Source of the DNA: Takakia lepidozioides
Lineage: Eukaryota > Plantae > Bryophyta
NCBI GenBank assembly: GCA_030704615.1
Contig: CM060734.1
Span: 21,266,001-21,330,000, forward strand
Reading direction: 5' to 3'
DNA: 64,000 nucleotides
Of the stretch, positions 49,201-61,849 are shown in pieces. A program made the position numbers and the translations under genes. Position 1 is the first letter of the stretch, and each line of letters opens with the position of its first letter. The notes below the pieces were generated by a model, which saw only the letters and a list, made by a program, of their open reading frames with translations, did not search any database and had not been told where the DNA came from.

Positions 49201-52200
49201 CTATAGCGAAGTCCGACGCATCCGTATGAATCTCAAATGGACGGTCGAACTCCGGGATTTTGAAGACTGGAGCTTCCGCCATCCGCTGCTTCAACTCGGA
49301 AAAAGCTTGACCACAGAAGGTGTTCCATACCCAGACTTTGGATTTACACAGAAGGTCTGATAGCGGCCCCACGATCTTGGTGAAATTTCTCACATACTTC
49401 CGGTAATAAGAGGCGAGTCCTAGGAAGGATCGCACTCCCGGGACCGAAGTCGGAGGCTCCCAGTCCAAGATCGCCCTCACATTTCTGTCATCCATTTTGA
49501 TCCCATCCTGTGTAATCACAGGCCCCAGGAACTCCACTTTTGTGACCCCGAATTTGCACTTTGAAGCTTTGGCATATAGCTTCCCTTCCCGCAATTTCTG
49601 GAACACCCTTTTGAGGTGCTCCAGGTGCTCCTCCTTTGTTTTCAAGTATACGATCACACAGTCATCTAGCCACTCCTGGAAAAGGCTGTTCATCAGCGTG
49701 CTAAAGGTCGCGGGTGCGTTGGTGAGTCCAAAAGGCATCACCAAGAACTCATATGAACCATATCTTGTCCTGCACGCGGTTTTCGCCTCATCTCCTTCCG
49801 CCACTCGGATTTGATGGTAGCCGGAGCGCAAATCCATCCGGCTGGAATACTTCGCTCCTGCCAGCTGATCGAAGAGGTCGTCGATTCTTGGCAAAGGGTA
49901 CCGGTTCTTGATAGTCACCTTATTCAGAGTCCTGTAGTCGACACACATCCGCAGCGTCCCATCATTCTTGTCTGCAAATAGCACTGGGGCTCCGTAAGAT
50001 GACTTACTCAGCCGGATGTACCCCTTTGACATTAGATCCTTGAGCTGAGTCTTCAGCTCAACCAACTCTCTGTGGCTCAACCGGTAGGGAGCCTTGGCAG
50101 GCGGCTCCAATCCCGGTATCACCTCAATCTTGTGGTCAACTCCCCTTCGCAGTGGCAAGCCGCTTGGTAAATCCTCCGGCATCACATCCTGATATTTCTC
50201 CAAAATCCCCTTGATCCAATCTGGGCTCGGCTCCCCATCGCCTTATCCCTTCACTTGTCTTACATAAAGCAAAAACTGGGGCTCGTGTGACTCCTCCACG
50301 GCCCACTCCCTTGCTGACATAAGGTTTATTCGCCCTCCCACGGGGTTGGGCATTTCCGACACTCGTAAAACTTCGTCACCATTCCCACATGGTAGCATGA
50401 CTACTCTCTTGCGGCCATCTATGACCGCTCCGGATCTGCTCAAAAAGGTCATCCCCAAAATGAGATCCACTCCATCGATCTCGCAAATGGTGAGGTTCTC
50501 ACGTCCCTCCCAACTCCCGAGCTGAAGAGGAACATTGAACGCCAACCTCGTCGCCAATTGTGGTTCTCCTTTAGCAGAATGCACCTCAATAGAGGCCCCC
50601 ACATCACTTGTCGAGAGTCCCAGCTTCCGTGCCGTTGCCGGTGTCATGAAGGAGTGCGACGCTCCTGTGTCCACCAACAACGACACGTTAGTTCCGGAGA
50701 TTATCCCACTCACAAACATTAACTGACTCCCTTTACGCAAGGCGCCAGTTTCCTGATACAACTCACAAAAGTAGTTGCCTACCTTGCAAGTCTTGGCGAC
50801 CACCGCCTCCACCAAGCGGCTGATGGAAGCTTCGGACAACTCTATGGTTGCCCGAATCATGTTCAATTGTCGGGGATTCGTACACTTCTTGGCCATGTGC
50901 CCGGGCTCCCCACAATTGAAGCACACTCCATCAAAGGTCGTCTTTTGTCCGCCATAAGGCGTCGTACCTGATTTTCCTTTCGGAGCACCGGGTGTCATCT
51001 TGGCGTGTGAAGGCCCTCCCTTCGATTTCCACGTGCCATTGTCGCTGCGTGGCCTATCCCACTTCTTTTCCGGTCGAAAGGAGTCACCCTCCCGCCGGGT
51101 CTTCTTGTGGTTCAGCTCCGTACGGCCTTGTCTTTTGCCCCTAGGGACATCCGAGAAACATTCAGCCCTCTCAATTGCCTCATTCAAGGTCTTTGGTGGC
51201 CTCTCCTCCAACTTCCGTCTGGCCCATAGGGCCAGTCCCACCATAAAGTTGAAGACCAAATCTGGTTCCGCCATATCCGCGACTTCGAGCAACAACACAT
51301 TGAAAGCCTGAACATATCCCCGAATGCCATCCGTTTGCTTCAGATTCCTCATCTTGTCCCGGGAGAGCCAGGACGGGTTGAGGGGCACAAACCGTCTCTT
51401 CATCAGTTCCTTGAAACCATTCCAGTTCAAGGTTTCCGGGTTTGGACCTCGGTCGTGAAGGCATTTCTGCCACCATTGTTGAGCATAGCCCCTCAAATAG
51501 GTGGGAGCCACTTCCACCCGATCCTCGTCACTCAACTTGGCCGCCCGGAAGTACTGCTCTAGCTCCAAGAGCCAGGTGTTGAGTGCCTTCCGATTTCGGA
51601 CCCCCTCGAAGGTGTCGGGTTCCTTAGGCTTCACCTTAAACTTTGCCTTAGTGGAAGTGGCATTAGCCGCCTTCAACACGTCTTTCAACGTCCCGCCAAA
51701 CTGCGCCAACAACCCTTCCCAAAAGGGTGCTGGCATGGGAGACATCTGTTGTCTGTCGGAGCTCTCAGGGATTCCTCGGGCTCCGACTCCTCAGATTCCT
51801 CCCGTTCTTGAGAGGCCTCGTTTTCAAGAGCATGCATCACTTCCTCAAATGGCCGCTTTGGTGACAGGTCGCCCCCATCGGGCTCACCGGGATCATCATC
51901 TTTCGGGCCGTTCCGCTTTCGCTTTGGCTTGCCCGACCCCATGATGAGGCCGATCCCAAGGACAATCGCGTACTGAACTCTAAGCTCTGATATCAAGTGT
52001 CGCGCACCTCACTTCGGTAAGCTCCCCTTCAAGTCATAGTTACTCGCTTTGATGCGCACGCCTAACTCCCAACCTGGCCGCCGAGCCAACTCGGAGCTTC
52101 GGCTGCTCACCGGGACATGACGGTCCCTTTTTTTTCCCCCAACAGACCCTCCACCAATTTGGGGCATAGTGGAAATTCCCTTGGTAGATGGCAGTCCGGA

Positions 52201-52719
52201 ATAGCTCCCATTCTTTGGTTGCTTTGTGGCGCTCGGCTTACTCACTAGTTTTGGTCACCAACGGGCTTTGCACGTTCTGGGTTACTAACTCCTATATACT
52301 TTTATTTTGTGATTGTCTGTGGGGGTTTCACAAACAACCATGCCATTTTATGGCAAAACACCACGAAGACCCTCGATTCTCGGTGATGAGTCGTGGTGAG
52401 TCTTGGCCCACCACCACGGCCCCATTGGACCGGGTGAGTCTCCAAGACTCCCCACGACTCCCCACCACAAGGTCTCCGCCCCATGGTGAGTCCTATGCCA
52501 CCCCACTAAGTCCCACTAAGGTACCACCACCCCTTGTGGAGCCACCCCCACCGCAACCCGGTGTGCGGGGCTCCACCTAGTGAGTGCCTCCGCCTCCTTG
52601 AGTGCCTTGGGCACTCAAGGGTGCTTCAGCCCCCCGTACCTATTGCTGCCACCGCCCCCACCATAGGGGCAGCCCCTCTGCGTCCCGACCCCCTGCCCTC
52701 AAGGCAAAGGGCCGCGACA
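46292..52719 (-). mobile_element. Full-length chromovirus, copy 2 (same family as 12655-19506)
   Basis: LTRs 52719-51998 and 46993-46292 with TG...CA, TSD CGTAC (46287-46291 / 52720-52724), mutated PBS TGATATCAGAGC, and gag-pol 51942-47900 with chromodomain. Confidence 0.97.
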
Positions 52720-52882
52720 CGTACAGCATGTGCATACTATGGATCTGGGCATCATAAGACACTGTCGATCACTTTTTCGGATCATAATTTAGAATAGCAC
52801 ATTTTATGTACATTAGTATAATATTTATGAAGTTTAGTACAAAATCATAGTAAGAAATCATAAATAAAATGGAATTCTAGCA

Positions 52883-53510
52883 ATGGCAGAGCCGGAGGAC
52901 CACTCGAAAGACAACTCCTTGATTCCGGGATTGACAGACCATGTGACACTAGAATGCGTTGCACGGGTGCCTCGCTCTTATTATTTACCGTTGAAAGGTG
53001 GTTGTAAGAAATGGCAAAATGCGCTAGCGGTGGTTGATGACGAAGGCCGCAACGACGTCCTTGAGACTCGCAAACGGGTAGAGATCAAGGAGGAATGGGT
53101 TTACAGGTTTGGTGGTCCTGCACACAATGTACAACCTCTCATAAGTGCACGGAAGTGCTGGGCGTTTGATTCTGTTAGTACGCGTTGGCGATGTCTGCCA
53201 GACTGCCCTGTGGATTATACCTTTGAAGTTTATGACAAGGAGTCGGCAGTTTCAGGAACTCAGCTTTTGGTTATCGGACAGTATCCTAGAGGCTACATGG
53301 TATGGAGGTATGATTTAGAACTCAACGAATAGTCTTCAACGCCAAGAATGATTCAAGATCGATGTCTTTTTGACTCAGCAAATGTGGGCAAATATGTCTA
53401 TTTGTGCTGGAAGTCTCAACAATAGACGACTCTCAAAGCAATCAAGCGCTACCACTCGCTACTTCAAGCATGGGAACCTCTCCCCGATCTCAACATAGCA
53501 CGGGAAAGGG
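52883..53510 (+). pseudogene. F-box/kelch-repeat protein pseudogene
   Basis: SLIPGLTDHVTLECVARVPR (F-box), EEWVY, WAFDSVSTRWRCLP, DKESAVSGTQLLVIG, VWRYDL. Stop at 53330, then decayed kelch sequence. Confidence 0.85.
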
Positions 53511-54784
53511 AGCTAATGGGAAAACAAAGATAAATGAGAACCGCTGGATATTGGTTAATCAAGGGTAGCAATCCCCACTTCCCAAACGGATGAATGACAT
53601 GGATGAGGAGCAACATTCATGAGGACTTAAAACGGCTCATGTATTCATGTACCAAGCTTAAGTTGATCATGTCCCAGGATGGAAGATGGATGAAAATTAT
53701 GGAGGGATGAAAGTTACAGACGGATGAAATCAGCGGATGGATGAGAGATTACAGGCTGGATGACAAAAATAAAATGGATGACAATGACAACAGATGGATG
53801 ATAAACACATGGCTTGATCTAGTCCATCCAGATGGAGAGGACAGATCAAACGGATTAAAATAAAAAGATCATATATTAGATTAATGGACACTCTAGGAAA
53901 AATTAGTTAAAAATTTTTAACTAGGTGTTAGTGCTTAAATGCACCTAACCTACATCATTGGAGCTTTATTTCTTTATTTAAAATGGATGGATGACATCCG
54001 TCAAAATAGTTGGACGGATGGAGTCAAGGAGAGGATGACGAGCTGCTATAAAGCAGCCGGCGGAAGGACCGAGTGAAGACAATCTAGTCTCTCTCTCGCT
54101 CTTCCTCCACTCTCTCTCCCTCTCGCTCTCTCTCTGCCTCCCATTCTCCCTTTGCCAAAACTAGGTAGTTTAGTTGGAGATAGAACCAGAGAATGAACTC
54201 TGGTTCCTAGTTGTGGTGCCTAGTGTTGATTTAAAAATAATATAATAGCCTGCAGTCCAGCGTTTAGCGTTATTCAGATCTCTGGTCGGTGAAGCCGAAT
54301 TGGTCGGAGTGTGTGCACTTGATCCACCGTTGTATTCCAGTTGAAGTATGCATCAATCTTGTAGGTTCTCAACGTTGTCAAATTTGTGAGTCTTCACGTT
54401 TGATTTCCACAAAATTATAGCGGCTCGGACTGGCGGAGTTGAATTTCTTGAATCAGAGTGCTTCAGTGTCTAAATTTTCTTTGATTATTCCTGCACACCA
54501 TCTGTTTCCAATCGTATATCTTTTCGGAAACTTACCATCCCATATGTCTTGTATAATAGGCTGGATCACATCAGTTGAGTACTTATTAGTTTCCAATGGT
54601 GGGAAGAGAGTACTTGGCCTGCAATTTTTTTTTATAAAAACAAAACAAAACTACTATCAGTGACCGGTGGGTGAGCAGAACTGGAGATAAGACCTGTTGT
54701 TCGCGAACGAAAGATTGAAATCAAGAGGAAGGGGTATGTGGCCCTTGAAAACTCAATAGTCACACCTTTTTGTAATTCAGGCGT

Positions 54785-55161
54785 CGTCGTCGATCCTTGG
54801 CAAAGGGTACCGGTTTTTTATAGTCACCTTATTTAGAGCCCTGTAATCGCAGCGCTCCATCCTTCTTGTCTGCGAATAGCACCGGGGCTCCGTAAGGTGA
54901 CTTACTCGGCCGGATGTACCCCTTTGACATTAGATCCTTGAGCTAAGCCTTCAGCTCGACCAACTCTTTGTGGCTCAACCGGCAGGGCGCCTTGGCAGGC
55001 GGCTCCAATCCCGGTATCACCTCAATCTTGTGGTCAACTCCTCTTCGCGGTGGCAAGCTGCTTGGTAAATCCTCCGGCATCACATCCTGGTATTTTTCCA
55101 TGATCCCCTTGATCCAGTCTGGGCTCGGCTCCCTATCGTCTTCTCCTTCCACTTGTCTTAC
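54785..55161 (-). mobile_element. Isolated fragment of the same chromovirus pol (PR-RT junction)
   Basis: [21 protein letters not shown]...YPLPRIDD matches 14995-15385. Confidence 0.92.
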
Positions 55162-55651
55162 GTAACTAGAAATAGATGGTGGCACGATGAATCACAGGGG
55201 CCAGTCAGATATTTGAAGCTTGGTCTCCCGCATTGATCTACGCCGCTCGTCTTAATGGAAGAAGGGGACGATTATGCGTGTGAAGTGGCAGTGTATTTCC
55301 TGAAGCTTCACTGGTTATGCATCACTAGGAGTTGGTGTTCATCGATCATGTGTGAAATTTTCTTCTTCTTTTCAGCTTGGTACTGCTGATATCATTTGGA
55401 TCAGAGATCGTGGCACTTGTTTATGGTCTAACCCTCAGATACTACGGTTGTTCCACAGATTCGTCGCCCGTTGCTTGTTCAGATCTTAGCCGCTTGGACG
55501 CCTGTGCATGCACTTGCGTTTGATAACTATAATGCCAAAGACGTTTTGGTAGTGTTTGATCATGTTTAGGGAGATGAAGCGTTGTATAGTTGGAAGTTTT
55601 GAAACAACCGTTTAAAATAGTTAATACACTAAGAGTTTTTCAAGAATGGTA

Positions 55652-56045
55652 CCTGGGTTTAGTGGTTAAGGAAGTTATTTGTGCATCATAAGGTGGAGGT
55701 TCAAACCCTGTTCCTACACCATTCCATTGTAGTTAGTTTTTTTTCCTATTTATTTCAAGATTCATTGGATAGATCCTAGAAATGAATATTAAGTAGTTAA
55801 ATTACTATTTGTACTCTCACAAATCCACCTTGGTCTGTTGGTTAGGGACCTCCGCTGCATCGCCGAGGTTGGGGGGTCGACTCTCGCTTGTTACAACTTA
55901 GTTAGTTTTGCTTATATTAAAAAACCCTTGAAATAGCTCTATAAGTAATTAGATAGGCTAATAGGTTTTGAATGGTTCTTGATGGACTTATTGGTTGGGT
56001 TTAGCTCGCACCTCCGAGGTTGGTGGTTCGAATTGCCGCCGCACT
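55652..56045 (+). repeat. Three degenerate tRNA-like (A-box/B-box) units at ~160-175 bp spacing; not functional tRNAs
   Basis: TTTAGTGGTTAAGG...GGTTCAAACCC (55652-55721), TGTTGGTTAGG...GGTCGACTC (55826-55890), TATTGGTTGGG...GGTTCGAATT (55980-56045). Confidence 0.6.
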
Positions 56046-56599
56046 GCTCCCTCTAAGCCGTTCTGATTCTCTCATTGTATTTCGGTTATACTAAGATTGT
56101 TTGTTGGGCTGATCTTTTCCTTAGAATGATCTAATCGCTTATCTATTTTTGACTCACATAAATTAATGGGGACTGGTTAAAACTAAGTAAATCAATATCC
56201 CTGTCTTTTAAACGTAAATGTATACATGAAATCCTTCAAAAAGAAAACAAATAATTAAGTTGGTTGGTTGAAATTAAATTTTGTTGTTTGCTTAATAACT
56301 AATATTTACACTAAGCTATCTCTTTTAATATATATACATATATATGCGCATATGTATATATATATATCTAAAAATCATAATTATTTATCCCGAAGTAATT
56401 ATACATTCGCCTTGCTTATTTCTAGACTATTGTTTTCGTAAATACGTCAAGGAGTTAGCGCTAACTGTTGGTTACAAATTACAAACGCAAACACTTATAA
56501 CATAGAAAAATTATAATCCACACTAGCAGCACCACTGGGGCTAGGCGGCGCCTTCGGGGCCTAACCTAGCTCTGTCTAACACAAACCTAAGTATGCAAC

Positions 56600-58336
56600 T
56601 GTTAATGGGGTGTGTTAATGGTTGACAGACACCCCAAGCTGAGAGAGCTCTTCAGCCTAGGTATGAACCATATCCCGTAAAAAAGTACAATGCTCAAGGA
56701 TGTTGTTGCAGAAGTGGTACTTGCCTTTTTAAAGGTATGTGATATTCTGCATGCTGATTCTGCAGAGCCATGGGCATAAGAATGTTGTCTATGGCTAAAA
56801 AATACATGCTGGGACAGATTGAAGAAAAAAGCCAGCATGACAAGGTTCAACTACTCTCATCATGAGAGAAATCCACTTGTCATGAAAGAAGCTCGTGATG
56901 AATTAGACTGGCTTCTTAAACACCTGCATATGTCTAGTCTTGATAAGGCTAACAACAATGTTTGTTTTCTATGTGTGAAGCACATCAGAACCCAAGCCTA
57001 TCACCGCTTAATGGGTAAGGATTTTAGACCATGTCTTCAAGATGAGGTATGGTCATCACCAGACTCTGTTTTGGAAAGCCTCTTTGGTGAAGTGCAGGAT
57101 ATGATACCTGAAATCCCTGATACTTTTTGTAGTCTTCCCTATATGATGGGAATATATAAACTACACAAAAAAAAAGTATAGGTGGTAATCAAGGAATGGG
57201 CCAGGGCACGTTTAGACACTTACAAACAATTCTTCAAAGTGTCTACAGCCATGTACTGGATTATAGATAGCATTACAGATTTCACTTTAAATCTTCCTAC
57301 AAAAATCTATGATGTTTTTGTGGTTGACATCACATGGTGCTATGAAAACATTCCTTTGACAGGTGAAGATAACTTGGGTGATGCCATTGAGCATGTGATT
57401 AAACTGGCCTTCCAGCAACATCATACGAATCACCCCCGGTCACAACATACCCTTTGGATCCAAACAAAGAATGGGACCTTCGGGAAGTGCAAGTGGAGTA
57501 CTTCTTCCCCCAAAACAGGTACCTGGATCGAGCTTCAGCTCCATAAATGATTGATGTGTCATTATTTCGTAGCATTGGGTGACCGTGTTTGGCGTCAGAT
57601 TTCAGGTATCCCCATGGGGTTCTCGTGTTCACCTTCATGGTGTAACACTTATTTCCTTTCATACGAGCTTAAGTTCATCCTAAGACTGGCTGCTCTTGGT
57701 CAATTTCAATTGATGCCAAAGTTTCAATATGCTTTCCGTTATATCGATGACATATGCTGGCTTAACATTGGAAATGCAATGCTATTCCTTAATCCTGATG
57801 CAGACAGGTGCAACAGTAACCCCTGGTGGATCTACCCACTTAACGTGGTGGAAATCAAGCTAGAGTTACTACGAACTAAGAATGGATCCCCGTACGAAGG
57901 TTTGGAAGCATGCTTCATGAATGTCCAGATTTCTGTATTAAACCCTGACTCTGGGGAATTCCAATTTCAGAAGTATGATAAGAGAAGACTCTTACCTGTC
58001 TCTTATACCCAGTACATCCAGTTCCTATCTAATAGAGCCGTAAATCAATCCTACAACATAGTGATTTCACAAGCTTTTCCAATTCTGTATATTTCCAGCA
58101 GTGTTAATCTGGGTTGGAAGGAGTGTTGTGTGCTCATATATACCCTTGGGAGGAATGGCTTCAAAACCAGAAGACTAACCCGGATTTTGACACGCTTTCT
58201 TGAGCAGGGTTCCTTCCCTGGCCTGTTCTTCCCTTTACAAGAGCTCAATGAAAAACTGAAAGGTATGTTCCACACTCATAAATATATGATTGTATACCTT
58301 CTTGGCTGGAAGGCAGTAGCCCTTGTGGTGAAGTGA
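56600..58336 (+). pseudogene. Penelope-like element reverse transcriptase (Naiad/Chlamys-type motifs, tentative)
   Basis: DKANNNVCFLC, LPYMMGIYKLHK, DITWCYENIP, RQISGIPMGFSCSP, FRYIDD, IYP, YDKR; stops and deletions. No GIY-YIG domain seen. Confidence 0.8.
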
Positions 58337-59636
58337 CACCATAAGTTACGCTCCCTTCGGGAGGCGTCATACCCTTTTTTTTTTAAAAAAAATAATAATA
58401 ATTTATACCTTCTTCATGTGTAGCATTCCTTTTTCTTGACCTAGGGAGGTGGGATTGTAGAATTTTTATCTCTTTGGTTTTTCAACCAGTGATACAAACT
58501 ACAAAGAAGAGGGAGAACTTTTATGAGATTGGGTCTGGTATGCACTCCCTTACTGGGTGAGTGCATACCACACTCATCCCATAAGGGAATGCCATACCAG
58601 GGGTTGGTTGGTGGGATCCCTCTCTCTCCCTCTCTCCCTTTCCCACTATACAAGGAACTTGCTTATATTTTTTCCAAAACCCAAGGAGGCTTGGACCAAT
58701 TCTGTCTAAATCATATTTTAATTTCATCCATACTGGATGTAATTATGAAAATGGATGAACTCCATTACTGTTTATTTTCTGATACCTGGGTTCTTTGGAT
58801 GATTATGGTCATGAGAACTAACCCTAATGAATGCCAGATTCTATTTTGGATGCCATCCCTACTGGATGACATCACGTTGAAATCAAGGAAGCTCTTTCCA
58901 TCTCATTACCTATTTTTCATCTAGTTTGGATGAAATCGCGAAGGTTTGCCCTATTTCTTCCCCTACCCTAAAAATCTGCACGATACTCGTGCATTTTCAT
59001 TCTGCTGGAGCTGAGAGATGGTGTCAGAGGGTTCATTTAAACACGAATCTTGTGAATTTGATGACTATGGAGAAGCTTTATGATAGTCTGCAAGTGCTCT
59101 GGCAAGATTCCAGTACTTTTCAATCCCCTTTGGGGTACGCAATGGCGGCAGAGCTTCAATTCCCTCAATGAGGTTGTCTCTTCCCTTGGCGGACAATCTA
59201 CCCTATGCTGTGATTGTTTGCGATCCATTCAGTGGTCATTAAGATCCAGCGCCACTCTTAAACTTTCAGGGAGTCTCTTCACCTGATAAAATGCTCGTAG
59301 AAATCAGCAAACCTTTGCTTGTTTATTCTGTCGATTGCCGAGTTCTTGGAGCTATGTCGAATCCTCTTCCACAAACCCTTAAGGTTGTGGGCTATCTTTG
59401 CTTTGCTTTTGATCTCTTCTTGCTTTTGAACGCATATTGTACAGCGATAACAAGCGTGAGGCCTGATATTCACCTGGGGTTCCACATCTTCACTAACTTC
59501 ACTGTTTTTTGATTACATGTGATGGGACCAGGTGAGGGCCCTCACTTAACATGACTCATGAAGCTTGAAGTTGATTGAATCCAAGCAATTGAGGCAATGT
59601 CGACTCCAGCTGATCTTCAGGGAGCTGATTCAAATC

Positions 59637-59973
59637 TGCTTCCACACTTTGACCTTTTTGGCTATGCTTCCAACCTTCTTTGTTGAGCATTTGTTCATTA
59701 GATGAACCTTACTAAAATACAAACTTTCTAATTAAGACTCTTACTTTTGATTTCTACTACACTCTATTATGGGCTTGTTTTGCTGTTTACAGCCCAGTAT
59801 GTGCTCTTGATTTCAGTTTACAATACTGGCCTGCTATTGTGACTTGGTGGATACCAAGCAGCAATGTAGGAGGTCGTATGGTATCCCAGCCGTTGGGCTC
59901 TAGGCCATGTATGCTGTTTAATGCAGGCCCTCTGTTTGTCTGGATTTCTTTTTAGTCTATGACTAGGCAAATA
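59637..59973. repeat. ~336-bp direct repeat, copy 2
   Basis: Matches 42808-43143. Confidence 0.92.
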
Positions 59974-60843
59974 TGTAAAGTAAAAATGGGGGCCCTGTTT
60001 CTCACCCACTGGGACAGAATCTAACACTTCCTCTTGATCATACAACCCATCAGTCCAGCTTTGATGCTACATGAGGCGCAGCGGAAGCAAGAAATCATCA
60101 TGACACCTAGACTGGACCTGGCAACTTGATTAATCACTATCTCTTGTTCGTTCGTTTGTCTTCTTATCAACCTGTGACCGCTGTTCAGAAAAGATATCGT
60201 GACCCACCCCGTGGGGTGGCGCGGCACGGGCGCCTGCGTACCGTTGTCAGCCCTTTATGCACACACCGCCATATCCCGTTCGGATGATCCCATTATCATC
60301 TTATCCGCCTCTACAAGGCTATGCCTAACTGGCTGAATCTGGCTTACTCGCCCTCTTGTTCTTGTTCGTGCTAAATGACTGACATCATCCAGATGCCCCT
60401 TTGGCTATTCTCTCCAAGTCCTAGATCGCTCATTTACTTTCGTCCCATTTTGCCCATGCGGCTAATCCACGACGTTGCTCTTTGTACCGTCACCTGTAGC
60501 ATGCATATTGTCTGAATGCTTAAGTGACTCTCACTACTCTCTCTCACTAATGCGACCACCAGTGGAAACAGCAGAGCCCTCTCTAATGAACTGCGATCCT
60601 TCTATGTATCTCAAGAACTGGAACCAACACAATGTGCAGCCATACTGTGATCAAGGGCGAACCCAAAACGTGCATATGTATTGTCTCGTCGCTGGAGTAC
60701 AACACTAGTCTCTCCTCTGAATCTTCCTAAGTTCATGTATCAACGTCCATCGTGATCAGACCACCCTCTCGCGGCCATCTCCTCTCTCTCCAGCTCTCAG
60801 TCTACCATCTCCACTCACTCTCTGATCGTCCTGACTGTGGTCC

Positions 60844-61639
60844 TCAATCAGATACGATGTCCTTCGGGAGTCCATGAATGCGGTAGATATTGTTGAGGAA
60901 GAGTCTTGCAGTTTCCTCGCCTGTAACCGTCTTATTACATGGAATGAAATGTGTTATCTTCGTTAAACGATCCACAATAACAAGGATTGAATCGGTGGTC
61001 TTGGAAATTGGAAGGTCCGTAATAAAGTCCATAGACACGGACGACCATGGACCCTTGGGAATGGGTAATGGTTGAAGAAGACCGTAAGGTCGATGTTGTG
61101 GTCCCTTAACTCTAGCACACGTGTCGCAAGATTTTATAAATTCTTTCACGAGTTTCCACATCTGCGGCTACCAATAGTTCCTGGATATTATTTTCATTGT
61201 TTTATTGGAGCCAAAATGTCCTGCAGCCGGAAGATCACAACCTGTTTGAAGAATTCGAAGTCGTATAGGTCCTAGAGGTACATAAATAAGTCCCTTGAAG
61301 TAAAGTAAGCCATTTTTGAATTCGAAATCGTTTGTAACATGTGGGTGGTCTTGAGGTTTATTCAGTTGACTTCGCTGTGTTTTAGCAAATTGGTCGCTCT
61401 TCAGTGCTTCCTGAATCTCCTTTATGATCTCTGCATCGTCATAGGTGGACATAGATAACATATTCAATTGGAGATTTGCTGGTTTAAAGATGATGAATTT
61501 CTGTTGGTCGAAAACTGCGTCCCTTTCTTTTGGCGCATGATACGATCGTCGAGAAAGAGCATTTGGTTTTACTTGAAGATGTCCGGGACGGTAGGTAATA
61601 ACAAAATCAAACCTTGCTAATGACATACTTCATCTCGCT
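60844..61639 (-). pseudogene. Gypsy RNase H end/integrase fragment, the natural continuation of the 30985-31429 fragment
   Basis: AR*SMSLARFDFVITYRPG...AGHFG...CDTC...[22 protein letters not shown]...GLPKDIVSD. Confidence 0.9.
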
Positions 61640-61849
61640 CCTAGTTATCATTCCTGACGTGACGTGGCGCTGACACGTCGGCCGTCACGTCCGATGTGCG
61701 TCACGTCATGTCGAATCCGGACGTTTACCCATGTAATTTTGTTTATATTTGACTTTTACGATTTACTTCTACTCTTTGTAATGACATGGCAGCCACGGTG
61801 TAAAACAGACATGGCCAATTATTAATATTTATTAATTCTTTAAAAAAAA

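Noticed and set aside
55652-56045. Functional tRNA genes
   Set aside because: A/B-box-like motifs are present, but I could not form acceptor and anticodon stems.
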